64,000 bases of DNA from Candidatus Acidiferrum sp. (GCA_035317605.1 DATHGT010000258.1:18477-82476); one strand, 5' to 3'. Positions 19,669 to 29,196 are shown, counted from the first letter of the stretch. The notes: generated by a model from the letters alone, not told the origin. Translations and numbers: made by a program.

Positions 19669-20073
19669 TCATGGCTTGTCGGCAACGGGACGCGTCTCGT
19701 CGAGATGCTGCATCTTGACCTTTCCGCCGGCATCGATGGTGACGATCAGCGGGTTCTGGAAGCGCCCCTGGAGATCGAGCTTGACCCCGCCACCGGCGAC
19801 GGAGCTCGGCGTCTCGACCAACCCTTGATGCGAGGTGCTCAGCGAATTGGCGAGCTGCGGGCTCAGCTGAAGCGGCACGGTGCCCGGCGCCGGCTCCTCG
19901 AGAATCGCTCCGGTCTGGGGATCGACGTAGATCACCATGCCCGGTGCGCCTTGCGCGGCCGCGACGGGCGGGCTGTCTCCGGCGAACACGGGCGGGGCCA
20001 CCACGGCGAAGCTGCCGAGGACCACGAGCAGGCCCAAGAACAATCCCTGAGGACGCGCGCGCTTCTCCTTCAT
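19669..20073 (-). CDS. Small secreted protein (134 aa) encoded immediately upstream of protease 1; paralog at 26002..26385
   Basis: The signal peptide is MKEKRARPQGLFLGLLVVLGSFAVVAPPVFA. The SD is GAAGGAGG 9 nt upstream. The mature region (MVIYVDPQTGAILEEPAPGTVPLQLSPQL...LIVTIDAGGKVKMQHL) is ~85% identical to the 26002..26385 product. The stop lies 28 nt before the protease start. Confidence 0.6.
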   Translation of the reverse strand: MKEKRARPQGLFLGLLVVLGSFAVVAPPVFAGDSPPVAAAQGAPGMVIYVDPQTGAILEEPAPGTVPLQLSPQLANSLSTSHQGLVETPSSVAGGGVKLDLQGRFQNPLIVTIDAGGKVKMQHLDETRPVADKP

Positions 20074-20202
20074 CGGGCCGTGCCTCCTTCTACAGACTCA
20101 GCCCTTCGAAGCTACCCCACCGGCACCGCGAATCGAGAACAAATACCTCGCGTTGTCGAAGATGGCCGAGGAGTGCGAAAGAGCGTCGGCCTCGCCGGTC
20201 GG

Positions 20203-21110
20203 TCAGTGCGCGGGTTGCGGCACCGGCAGGTCGGAGGGCGCGCCCCACACGGACGTTTGGGTCTGGCCCGTGGACGATTGCAGCACGAACCACTCGCCGG
20301 TCGCGTTCCGTCGCACGGCGAAGTCCGCCTGGCCATCGCCGTCGTAGTCCCCCTGCACCGGGGTGTCATTGAGACCGCTCGAGGCGGGAGAGCCGAACAG
20401 GCGGGTCTGAAAGCCGGTGGCGCTGCCGAAGACAAGCCACTCACCCGTGGCCTTCCGATAGATGGCCAGATCCGCCTTGCCGTCGTGGTCGTAGTCGGCA
20501 GGGACCGGAATGTCGCCGAGCCCGCTCACGGCGGGAGCGCCGAACAGCAGGGTCCGAAACCCGGTGGCGCTGCCGAAGATGAACCATTCCCCGGCGGCCT
20601 GGCGGTAGACGGCGAGGTCCGCGATGCCGTCGCCGTCGTAGTCCGCGGGAACCGGAATGTCGCCGAGCCCACTGGAGGCCGGAGCGCCGAACAGCAGCGT
20701 CCGAAAGCCGGTCGCGCTCCCGAAGACGAACCACTCGCCGGTGGCCTTCCGGTACACGGCCAGATCCGCCTTGCCGTCGCCGTCGAAGTCGGCGGGCACC
20801 GCGGTGTCGCCGAGACCACTGGCGGATGGAGCGCCGAACAGCAAGGTCTGAAAGCCGGTCGCGCTGCCGAAGACGAACCACTCGCCGGTCGCTTGCCGGT
20901 AGACCGCGAGGTCCGTCTTGCGGTCGCCGTCGAAGTCGGCGGGCACCGGCGCGTCGCCGAGGCCGCTCGAAGCGGGAGATCCGAACAGGAGCGTCTGAAA
21001 CCCGGTGGCGCTGCCGAACACGAACCACTCGCCCGTGGTCGGTCGATAGACGGCCAGGTCTTTCTTGCCGTCGCCGTCGAAGTCACCTCCGACGCCGTGC
21101 GGGGAGTTCG
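20203..21110 (-). repeat. FG-GAP-module DNA repeat, copy 2 (3' end of M4 protease)
   Basis: The gene 3' ends are almost identical (ctcagtgcgcgggttgcggcaccggcaggtcggagggcgcgcccc at both 20203 and 23887). Confidence 0.7.
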
Positions 21111-23343
21111 CGACACACCGGTAGAGACGGATATCGTCAATGAACCAGCCATAATCGTCGACGCTGGAGTCGGTTCCCATCCGGAAGCGGAACCGGACGT
21201 TCTGCCCGGCCAAGCTCGTCAGGTTCAATTGTGAGGCGGTGTACCCGAAGCTGTGCTTGACGAAGGCGCTGCGCCCTCCGAGCAGGTTGGAGAAACTCGA
21301 ACTGATGGTGCCGCCGTACGTCGCGCCGGCGGTGATCAAACTTCCCGCGTCGGACCAGCTCGCACCGCCGTTGGTGCTGTACTCGATCACACCGCCGTCG
21401 TAGTTGGCGGTCGCGCCGTTTTCGAAGCCGTACGCGTGATTGAACTGTAACCGCGCGCCGCCGGCGGGGATGGCCACGCTGCTCGTCATCGCGATGGCAG
21501 AATCGGCAATCGTCGGTCGGTCGTAGCCGAAAAAGTTTCGTACGCCGCTGGTGGCGAACACGGAGTCGGCGGGAGGCGGGTAGAACCAGTGAGGCGTGCC
21601 CGTCGCCGTGGTGATCGTCCAGTTGCCGGCGGCCGTGTTCTCCAGGTTGTCGAAGAAGAGAGTGGCCGGAACCTGGCCCGCCGGGCAAAAGGCGGGGACC
21701 GCGGCCTGAGGCGGCGAGCATGGCCAGGCGTTGGCCATCTGCACCGCATCGAGCGCCCGACCCACCTGGGTACAATCGCCGGACGTGATCGACGCCGTTC
21801 CGATCAGGTCGTTGCAGGCGCGCTTGAGGGCGTCGTAGTTGTCCAGGAAATCCGACCCCGACAGCAGATAATTCGTCAGGGCGCGGTACTGGATCTTCGC
21901 GGCCTTGGTCAGCCCGATCCCCGTGATGGTGAACCCGTTGTACGTCCCGCCGTCCACCATGAGGGCATAGGCGTGGTTGGGAACGCCGCTGTTGGTGTGG
22001 ACACCACCGGCATCGCCGCCCGGCATCGCACAGGCGAACTGCGAGGTGTCGCTCAGCTTGCCGGGATCGCCGAACGCATTCGGGTTCATCATGTTTCGAA
22101 ACGCCCCGATTCCGGGGACATCCTCGCCGATCAGCCAGCGGACCGCCGCCGTGTCCGTGCCCGCGCCGTTCGTGAGGTCGATCGTTTCCCCGAAGATGTC
22201 GGAATAGGACTCGTTCAGGGCGCCGGACTGCATGTAGTAGAAGAGGTTGGCCGAGTGCTCGGTGACGGCGTGGGTCAGCTCGTGGGCGTCGACGTCGTCT
22301 GCCCTGGAGAACCCGTTTCCGTACACCATCTGCGTGCCGTTCCAGAAGGCATTCTCGTAGTTGCAGCCGTTGTCGGTCGGACAGTAGTGCACGGTCGAAA
22401 GCAGCATGGCCCCGGCGCCGTCGTAGCTGTCTCGACCGTGTTGTGTGAAAAAGTAGTTGTAGGTGTCCCCGGAAAAATTATAGGCGGCGTTGACGTCGGC
22501 GTCTCCGGTCGGCCCCTGCCCCTCGGAGCGCACCAGAGTGCCCGGCAGGATACTTCCGCCGTTCGCGGTATAGATCCTGCGGTTCAGGGCATCGGTGAGC
22601 TGGCTGAAGTCCAACAACCGAACTCCGGTCCCGGCGTCGATCCACATGAACTGGCGCAGGTCGATTCGGCTCGCCTCGACGAACCAGGCCAGGCGAGTGG
22701 GCGCCTGGATGCCGTCGAGCATGGGACGGCTGAACACTTCGAGCCGCGGCGGGCCGAAGACCGCGCCCACGACGCCGAAGTGCTTCACCACGAGCGCCTC
22801 GGCCCGGGCCAAGGCCTCGGCGTCGCTGATCGTGGGCGAGGTGACGATCTTCTCGGTGACGTCGAGCGTCTTGGCGTTGACGGCGACGACACCGGCGCCG
22901 ATGAGGTGAACCGTCAGTTCGCCCGCGGTGACGGGCACGCCTCCATGGAGCTGCCGGAACCGCACGTGCTCCATGCCCACTTCGTCAGGACCACTCGTCT
23001 TCGCATGCGCGAGATCCGCCACGTCGGCAATCCCGAACGCCCGGCCGTACGACGACACGAACGCTCGCGCTCGCGCTTCCGCCGGGGCGCTCGCGGAAAC
23101 GGCCAGCGGGATCGGCCCCCCGGACACCGACAGGAACGTCAAGAGACCGTTCACGCGGGACCGGGTCGTTTCGAGAGGCGCCGCCGCCGCGAGCTCCATG
23201 CGCTGCACCTCCGACGTGACGAGATCGGCGGCGGCGCGAGCGAGACCCCCGGCGCAGAGGCTCAAGGTTATAGAAAGAATGATAGTGCCAAGGATATTCG
23301 CTCGCGGCGGCAGTCGGCAGGAGCACGCGTTGGTCTCGGTCAT
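20203..23343 (-). CDS. Secreted M4 (thermolysin-like) zinc metalloprotease with FTP/PepSY-type propeptide and C-terminal FG-GAP repeat beta-propeller (protease cassette 2)
   Basis: The M4 signature is VDAHELTHAVTEHSANLFYYMQSGALNESYSDIFGE (HEXXH + ExxxD). The N-terminal signal is MTETNACS...ILGTIILSITLSLCAGGLARA (ATG 23343, AGGAAGAAAG upstream). The last ~300 aa are FG-GAP repeats nearly identical to cassettes 1 and 3. Confidence 0.85.
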   Translation of the reverse strand: MTETNACSCRLPPRANILGTIILSITLSLCAGGLARAAADLVTSEVQRMELAAAAPLETTRSRVNGLLTFLSVSGGPIPLAVSASAPAEARARAFVSSYGRAFGIADVADLAHAKTSGPDEVGMEHVRFRQLHGGVPVTAGELTVHLIGAGVVAVNAKTLDVTEKIVTSPTISDAEALARAEALVVKHFGVVGAVFGPPRLEVFSRPMLDGIQAPTRLAWFVEASRIDLRQFMWIDAGTGVRLLDFSQLTDALNRRIYTANGGSILPGTLVRSEGQGPTGDADVNAAYNFSGDTYNYFFTQHGRDSYDGAGAMLLSTVHYCPTDNGCNYENAFWNGTQMVYGNGFSRADDVDAHELTHAVTEHSANLFYYMQSGALNESYSDIFGETIDLTNGAGTDTAAVRWLIGEDVPGIGAFRNMMNPNAFGDPGKLSDTSQFACAMPGGDAGGVHTNSGVPNHAYALMVDGGTYNGFTITGIGLTKAAKIQYRALTNYLLSGSDFLDNYDALKRACNDLIGTASITSGDCTQVGRALDAVQMANAWPCSPPQAAVPAFCPAGQVPATLFFDNLENTAAGNWTITTATGTPHWFYPPPADSVFATSGVRNFFGYDRPTIADSAIAMTSSVAIPAGGARLQFNHAYGFENGATANYDGGVIEYSTNGGASWSDAGSLITAGATYGGTISSSFSNLLGGRSAFVKHSFGYTASQLNLTSLAGQNVRFRFRMGTDSSVDDYGWFIDDIRLYRCVANSPHGVGGDFDGDGKKDLAVYRPTTGEWFVFGSATGFQTLLFGSPASSGLGDAPVPADFDGDRKTDLAVYRQATGEWFVFGSATGFQTLLFGAPSASGLGDTAVPADFDGDGKADLAVYRKATGEWFVFGSATGFRTLLFGAPASSGLGDIPVPADYDGDGIADLAVYRQAAGEWFIFGSATGFRTLLFGAPAVSGLGDIPVPADYDHDGKADLAIYRKATGEWLVFGSATGFQTRLFGSPASSGLNDTPVQGDYDGDGQADFAVRRNATGEWFVLQSSTGQTQTSVWGAPSDLPVPQPAH

Positions 23344-23389
23344 TGCTTGACTTTCTTCCTTGCAGTTCGTGGCCGCCGGAAAACTACTG

Positions 23390-23842
23390 TCAATCCAGAT
23401 CCGAGTCAAGCGTAGGAGTCAGTTCCTCGATCTCCGTGATCTCGACGACGCGTTCCGTGGCCGGTGGGCACGGCGGGCGGATACATCGCGCTCGAGGGTT
23501 CCTCTCATCCGCGTAGCGATAGCGGACACGCACGGTCTTCCCCACGAAGGAACCGAGGTCGAATGCCGCCGTGTTCTGCACGTAGATCTGGTGAACACCT
23601 TCACAGCGGACGGTCAAGACGTAGCGATCACCGAGGCGGTCGATCGAGGCCGGACCGTGAATCTCGTACACCCCGTCGAGCCGGCGTTCGCAGGCGGTCG
23701 GCAGCAGGATCTGGGGCTCACCGAACGCGGGTGTCGTCCCCAGCGGTGAGAGGTTGTGTGTCGCCGACGGGCCGACGTGCCCAGGTCCAACAACCGCCAC
23801 GACGATCGCGGCCGCCGCACACCGACTCCGAGCCGTGCTCAA
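23390..23842 (-). CDS. Small secreted Cys-containing protein (~150 aa) immediately upstream of the M4 protease
   Basis: The C-terminal 150 codons of ORF 23390..24124 begin at TTG 23842 with a signal-like region STARSRCAAAAIVVAVVGPGHVGPSA. The product has 4 Cys (ACERRLDGVYEIHG...TVRCEGVHQIYV...ARCIRPPCPP). Upstream residues of the listed ORF are a shadow of the pseudogene end. No strong SD, so the start is uncertain. Confidence 0.4.
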   Translation of the reverse strand: MSTARSRCAAAAIVVAVVGPGHVGPSATHNLSPLGTTPAFGEPQILLPTACERRLDGVYEIHGPASIDRLGDRYVLTVRCEGVHQIYVQNTAAFDLGSFVGKTVRVRYRYADERNPRARCIRPPCPPATERVVEITEIEELTPTLDSDLD

Positions 23843-23886
23843 GGGTTGATCATGAACCGTCGACAGGTCCACGAAGGTGCCGGTTG

Positions 23887-24790
23887 TCAGTGCGCGGGTT
23901 GCGGCACCGGCAGGTCGGAGGGCGCGCCCCAGACGGACGTCTGCGTCTGCCCGGTCGACGATTGCAGCACGAACCACTCGCCGGTCGTGTTCCGTCGCAC
24001 GGCGAGGTCCGCCGGGCCGTCGCCGTCGTAGTCCCCCTGCACCGGGGTGTCGTTCAGACCGCTCGAGGCCGGAGAGCCGAACAGTCGGGTCTGAAAGCCG
24101 GTAGCGCTGCCGAAGACGAGCCACTCGCCGGTGGCCCTGCGATAGATGGCGAGGTCCGCCTTACCGTCACGGTCGAAGTCGGCAGGCACCGGAATGTCGC
24201 CGAGGCCGCTCGCGGCGGGGGCGCCGAACAGGAGGGTCCGAAAGCCGGTGGCGGTGCCGAAGATGAACCATTCGCCGGTGGCCTGGCGATACACAGCCAG
24301 ATCCGCTTTGCCATCGCCGTCGTAGTCCGCGGGCACGGGAATGTCGCCGAGGCCACTCGAGGCCGGAGCACCGAACAGGAGGGTCCGAAACCCGGTCGCG
24401 GTGCCGAACACGAACCATTCGCCGGTGGCCTTCCGGTACACGGCCAGATCCGCCTTGCCGTCGCCGTCGAAGTCGGCGGGCACCGCGGTGTCGCCGAGAC
24501 CACTGGCGGATGGAGCGCCGAACAGCAAGGTCTGAAACCCGGTCGCGCTGCCGAAGACGAACCACTCGCCGGTGGCTTGCCGGTAGACCGCGAGATCGGT
24601 CTTGCGGTCGCCGTCGAAGTCGGCGGGCACCGGCGCGTCGCCGAAACCGCTCGAAGCCGGAGATCCGAACAGCAGGGTCTGAAAGCCGGTGGCGCTCCCG
24701 AACACGAACCACTCCCCCGTGGCCGATCGATAGACGGCCAGATCTTTCTTACCGTCACCGTCGAAGTCACCCAAGACAGCTCGGACGTTC
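23887..24790 (-). repeat. FG-GAP-module DNA repeat, copy 3 (3' end of the disrupted protease)
   Basis: See copies 1 and 2. Confidence 0.7.
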
Positions 24791-25973
24791 AGGGTCGCGG
24801 TCCGGGTCGTGTTGCCCTGGCCGTTCGTGGTGTTGGTGAACGTGATCGTGGTGCCATAGAGGCCGGGCGCGAGAGCGTTCGCGCCGGCGTTCACCGTGAA
24901 GGTGATCGTCGTCCCTGTCGTCGTCACCGTGCCCGAGGTCGCCGACGCGGTCAGCCAGCTCGGCAGGCCGGAGATCGAAAAGTTCACCGACCCGCTCGTC
25001 GCGCTCAGCTGATACGCAACCGCCGACGGCGAGAATGGCGCGCCATGGCTCCCGGCCACGCTGACGTTGGCGGCCGGCGTGACCTGGAGCGTCAACAGCG
25101 CCAGCGGCCAGCCGATGTCCTGGAAGAGCGAAAGTTCCAGGCCTGGCCCGCTGAGGGGGACCGTGTAGCTCGGCTCCATGAGCTGGTTGGGAGTCAGCGC
25201 GGTGTCCCAGTGCGACACCGAAGAGCCGGGTTGCTGGGGATTCGGAGCGAACATCCGGACGTGGTCACCCACCCTTCCCGCCGTCAGAGCGCCGCTGGCC
25301 GCCCTCACCTGAGCCCCGACCCAGTGCAGGTTCCCGGTGTTCGTGCTCGCGGCGACCCGCTGGGCATTGGTCATGCTCGGAAAGTCGGCCGGGCTGGCCC
25401 CGTGGTTTTCGAGGTTGATCATGAACGTGTCGTTCCGGCTGAACATCTTCGCGCCCGTGGCCAGGTCGACGAAGGTCAGAAAGCCCAGTCCGTGGCCCAG
25501 CTCGTGGAGAAGGACCGTCACGAAATCGATATCGCCGCCGGCGTTGCCGTCGAGCCCGTAGTACCAGCTCCTCGGAAACGCGCACGTGGTCCCGACCGCG
25601 CTGTTGAATTGCGCGTCGATGTCGGCGGCCGTGGGGTCGAGGTCACTGCCGTGCAGCGCATTGGCCAGCGCGATCGGATACCAGGTGGCAGGCAGAAGAG
25701 CCCCGCTGAAGTCGCGGAAGGAGCTGGAGGGGCCAGCGGAGCCGAGCACCGCCGAGCTGGCGTTGCAGGCCAGAGCATCGAACGTGGCGTTGACCCGGAT
25801 CGTCACCGCGGTGTTGAGAACCGCGCCCCAGATGTCCGCAACCCCTCGCCGGCGCCGTCGTTGTTGATCACCGTGACGGTCGCCGCCTGCGCGATCGGAG
25901 ACGCGACAGCGACCATCCCCAAGAACGACGCCAGCAGGACGATCATGCCCGACCGGGCCCGACGGAGTCCCAT
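23887..25973 (-). pseudogene. Frameshifted copy of the cassette-1-type HEXXH metalloprotease (protease cassette 3), disrupted by an 85-bp deletion near codon 50
   Basis: The N-terminus MGLRRARSGMIVLLASFLGMVAVASPIAQAATVTVINNDGAGEGL (ATG ~25973) matches cassette 1. Relative to cassette 1 (19480..19565) an 85-bp segment is missing after ...CCCCAGATGTCCGC. The frame shifts to a TGA overlapping the GTG at 25806, from which ORF 23887..25806 (VTIRVNATFDALACNASS...HELGHGLGF...FG-GAP) continues without a signal peptide. Confidence 0.6.
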
Positions 25974-26001
25974 CCCCACCTCGCTGCGTGGTGCCGAACC
26001 G

Positions 26002-26385
26002 TTAGGGTTTGTCGGCGACGCCGGGCGTCTCGCCGAGGTGGTGCATCTTGACCTTTCCGTCGGCGTCGATCGTCACGATCAGCGGGTTCTGGAAACGGCC
26101 CTGGAGATCGACCTTGACTCCTCCACCGGGCACGGAGCTCGGCGTCTCGACCAACCCCTGATGCGAGGTGCTCAGCGAGTTGGTGAGCTGCGGACTCAGC
26201 TGAAGCGGCACGGTGCCCGGCGCCGGCTCCTTGAGAATCGCCCCCGTCTGGGGGTCGACGTGGATCACCATGCCCGGCGCGCCTCCGGGAACCGCCGCCG
26301 GCTGGCTTTCTCCGGAGAACACCGGCGCGGCCGCCAGGGCGAAGCCGCCGAGCGCCACGAGCAGGACGATCAGGAAGGTGCGCAT
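26002..26385 (-). CDS. Small secreted protein (127 aa), paralog of 19669..20073, upstream of the disrupted protease 3
   Basis: The signal peptide is MRTFLIVLLVALGGFALAAAPVFSG. AAGGAG sits 9 nt upstream of ATG 26385 (M33 of ORF 26002..26481). Confidence 0.6.
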   Translation of the reverse strand: MRTFLIVLLVALGGFALAAAPVFSGESQPAAVPGGAPGMVIHVDPQTGAILKEPAPGTVPLQLSPQLTNSLSTSHQGLVETPSSVPGGGVKVDLQGRFQNPLIVTIDADGKVKMHHLGETPGVADKP

Positions 26386-26554
26386 GCGAGACGTCTCCTT
26401 CAGGGCGGTGATCACCACACCGATCGTTCGTTCAGCCACGCTTGGAACCTTACTCCAGAATCCAACGTGAAGTGCCAGCAATCATGCCCGCCAGTGTGAA
26501 TCAGTTTGCCCACGAGACCTACAATGGCGCGGGCGAGCGCGAGGCCGACGCGGC

Positions 26555-26839
26555 TCAGGCGATCGTGAACGCGCGGGCGGCGAATTCGGCGAACCGGTTC
26601 TCGAGGTCGGCGGCGACCGCGTCGGCCACCTCGCGCGCGGTGCCCGCGCGATCCTGGGGCTCGCCGTGGGTCCACGAGTCGAGGTACTCGTCGGAGCCGT
26701 GGAGCCCGCGCTGCATGGCGACCGAGTCGATCAACATCTGGAAGCGCTCGGACAGCTCGACGGTCGCGCTGTCGGGACCGTCCTGAGCCTCGACGCCGGC
26801 GGGAATGCCCTTCCAGGCGATCACGCGATAGGTCGCCAT
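26555..26839 (-). CDS. Hypothetical small acidic protein (~94 aa) downstream of the MoaD-like gene
   Basis: MATYRVIAWKGIPAGVEAQDG... (ATG 26839, M10 of ORF 26555..26866). No family recognised. Co-directional with acs and moaD-like. Confidence 0.45.
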   Translation of the reverse strand: MATYRVIAWKGIPAGVEAQDGPDSATVELSERFQMLIDSVAMQRGLHGSDEYLDSWTHGEPQDRAGTAREVADAVAADLENRFAEFAARAFTIA

Positions 26840-26855
26840 CGCGGGGCGCGGCGGG

Positions 26856-27224
26856 TCAGCCGCCAAGGTACTGGCCGATCAGCGTGATGTGATCGCGGGG
26901 GCCGAGACGGGAGTCGATCGTGTGGTCGATGCCGAGCACGGCGTCGTTGACGAGTACCTCGATGTGCTCGCCGAGGTCGTTGCCGTGCCACAGCGCGTCG
27001 GCGAGATCCGGGTAGCGGTTCGTCAGCCCGCGCAGCACGCTCCGGACGGTGGCCGGCTCGGCCAGCAGCTCGTCGTAGACCTGCCGGCCGCCGCCGTTGC
27101 CGCCCACGAATCGCGTGACCCACCCCGCGACTTCTACCGGGATCACCGCCGGAGCGACTGCGCTCGGCTCCGGCGCTGCCGCGGTCGGGGTCGCCGTCGG
27201 TGTGGCCTTACTCTTTGTCCTCAT
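26856..27224 (-). CDS. MoaD/ThiS-family ubiquitin-like sulfur-carrier protein with C-terminal Gly-Gly and a low-complexity N-terminal extension
   Basis: The protein ends ...[11 protein letters not shown]. The beta-grasp core is [16 protein letters not shown]...[11 protein letters not shown]. The N-terminal segment [23 protein letters not shown] is a linker-like extension. ATG 27224 (M12 of ORF 26856..27257) overlaps the acs stop by 17 nt. Confidence 0.6.
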   Translation of the reverse strand: MRTKSKATPTATPTAAAPEPSAVAPAVIPVEVAGWVTRFVGGNGGGRQVYDELLAEPATVRSVLRGLTNRYPDLADALWHGNDLGEHIEVLVNDAVLGIDHTIDSRLGPRDHITLIGQYLGG

Positions 27225-29157
27225 ACTTCTTCTTGAGGTCGGCGACCACGCTGGCATCCGCGAGCGTGGTGGTGTCGCCGAGCACGCGGCCCTCGGCGAC
27301 GTCGCGCAGGAGCCGGCGCATGATCTTGCCGCTGCGGGTCTTGGGCAGCTCGGCCGAGAAGATGATGTCGTCGGGCCGGGCCAGCGCGCCGATCTTCTTG
27401 GCCACGTGGGCTTTGACCTCGTCCTTCAACGCTTCGCTGGTCGGGATGCCGGCCTTGATGGTCACGAACGCGGCGATGGCCTGGCCCTTGATCTCGTGGG
27501 TGCGCCCGATGACCGCGGCCTCGGCCACCGAGGGATGGTCGACCAGCGCCGATTCGACTTCCATCGTCGACACCCGGTGACCGGAGACGTTCATCACGTC
27601 GTCGATGCGGCCGAGCAGCCAGAGATAGCCGTCCTTGTCGCGCTTGGCGCCGTCGCCGGTGAAGTACACGCCGGGGATCTGGCTCCAGTACTGCTTCTGG
27701 AAGCGCTCGGGATCGCCGTAGATCCCGCGCAGCATGCCCGGCCACGGCTTCTTGAGCACGAGGTAGCCGGCTTCCACGGATTCGCCCCTGTCGTTGACCA
27801 CGTCGGCCTCGATGCCGGGGAACGGAAACGTCGCCGAACCGGGCTTGCAGACGGTGAGGCCGGGCAGCGGCGTGATGAGGATCTGCCCCGTCTCCGTTTG
27901 CCACCACGTATCCACGATCGGACAGCGGCCGCCGCCGATGACCTTCCAGTACCAGACCCAGGCCTCGGGGTTGATCGGCTCGCCGACCGAGCCCAAGAGG
28001 CGCAGCGACGAGAGATCGCAACGGTTGGGAAACTCGTCGCCCCAGCGCACGAACGTGCGGATGGCGGTGGGCGCGGTGTAGAGGATTGTCACCCCGTACT
28101 TCTCGACGACGCGCCAGAAGCGGTCCTTGTCGGGATAATCCGGCGTGCCTTCGTACATGACGCTGGTGGCGCCGTTGGCCAGCGGCCCGTAGACGATGTA
28201 CGAGTGACCGGTGACCCAGCCGATGTCCGCGGTACACCAGTACACGTCGTCCTCGCGCAGGTCGAAGATCATCCGGTGCGTGGTGCTCACGCCGGTGAGG
28301 TAGCCGCCGGTGGTGTGGACGATGCCCTTGGGCTTGCCCGTGGAGCCGGAGGTGTAGAGCAGGTACAGCATGTCCTCGGCATCCATCGGCTCCGGCTTGA
28401 CGTAGGCGTCGCCGTCCTTGACGAAGTCGTCCCACCACACGTCCCGGTCCTGCTGCCAGTCGATCTCCTGGCCCGTGCGCTTGTAGACGATCACCGTCGA
28501 CACGAACGGACACTCCTTGAGCGCCTCGTCCGTGTTCTTCTTGAGCGCCACCATGCCCCCGCGGCGGTAGCCGCCGTCGGCGGTGATGACCACGCGCGAC
28601 TTGCAGTCGTTGATCCGGTCGCGCAGCGACTCCGGCGAGAAGCCGCCGAAGACCACGCTGTGGGGCGCGCCGATGCGCGCGCACGCCAGCATGGCGATGG
28701 GCAGCTCCGGGATCATCGGCATGTAGATGGTCACCGCCTCGCCCTTCTTGACGCCGTGCTTGCGGAGGGCCGAGGCGAAGCGGTTGACCTCGCGGTAGAG
28801 GTCCCGGTAGGTCAGCACGCGGGTGTCGCCGGGCTCGCCTTCCCAGATGAAGGCGGCCTTGTTGCGCCGCGGCCCCTCGACGTGGCGGTCGAGGCAGTTG
28901 TCGGAGACGTTGAGCTTGCCGCCGATGAACCACTTCGCATACGGCAGCTTCCACTCGAGCCCCTTGCGCCACGGCTTCATCCAGCGCAGCGTGCGAGCCT
29001 GCTTCTCCCAGAACGCCACCGAATTGCGCCCGGCCTCCTTGTAGACCGCGGGCGATTTCACCTGGGCCGACTTGACGAAGGCCGCCGACGGTCGGAACCT
29101 GCGTCCTTCCTTGAGGAGGGCCTGGATCGGATCGTCACGACGCTCAGCTTTGGCCAT
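27208..29157 (-). CDS. acs: Acetyl-CoA synthetase (AMP-forming)
   Basis: Full-length 649-aa match to Acs ([26 protein letters not shown], ...[11 protein letters not shown]). Confidence 0.95.
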   Translation of the reverse strand: MAKAERRDDPIQALLKEGRRFRPSAAFVKSAQVKSPAVYKEAGRNSVAFWEKQARTLRWMKPWRKGLEWKLPYAKWFIGGKLNVSDNCLDRHVEGPRRNKAAFIWEGEPGDTRVLTYRDLYREVNRFASALRKHGVKKGEAVTIYMPMIPELPIAMLACARIGAPHSVVFGGFSPESLRDRINDCKSRVVITADGGYRRGGMVALKKNTDEALKECPFVSTVIVYKRTGQEIDWQQDRDVWWDDFVKDGDAYVKPEPMDAEDMLYLLYTSGSTGKPKGIVHTTGGYLTGVSTTHRMIFDLREDDVYWCTADIGWVTGHSYIVYGPLANGATSVMYEGTPDYPDKDRFWRVVEKYGVTILYTAPTAIRTFVRWGDEFPNRCDLSSLRLLGSVGEPINPEAWVWYWKVIGGGRCPIVDTWWQTETGQILITPLPGLTVCKPGSATFPFPGIEADVVNDRGESVEAGYLVLKKPWPGMLRGIYGDPERFQKQYWSQIPGVYFTGDGAKRDKDGYLWLLGRIDDVMNVSGHRVSTMEVESALVDHPSVAEAAVIGRTHEIKGQAIAAFVTIKAGIPTSEALKDEVKAHVAKKIGALARPDDIIFSAELPKTRSGKIMRRLLRDVAEGRVLGDTTTLADASVVADLKKKYEDKE

Positions 29158-29196
29158 GGGAAACCTCGCGCGTGGGCTCGAGTGAGAACCGTCTGA

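Noticed and set aside
16830-19718. 962-aa + strand ORF, plus the similar 19186..21234, 21589..23415 and 23464..26499 + strand ORFs
   Set aside because: All lie antisense to the three protease genes. Composition is Arg/Gly/Ala/Glu-dominated, typical of high-GC antisense frames, and the - strand frames carry clear protease and FG-GAP motifs.
26390-26482. Possible sigma54-type promoter (cTGGCACttcacgTTGGa) upstream of the small secreted gene 26002..26385
   Set aside because: Spacing between the GG and the GC/GG elements is off by one from the TGGCACG-N4-TTGC consensus. The equivalent region upstream of the paralog at 20074..20202 lacks it.
27097-29196. 699-aa + strand ORF and 583-aa - strand ORF (27221..28972) overlapping acs
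   Set aside because: acs (27208..29157, -) is an unambiguous full-length match. The others are shadow frames.
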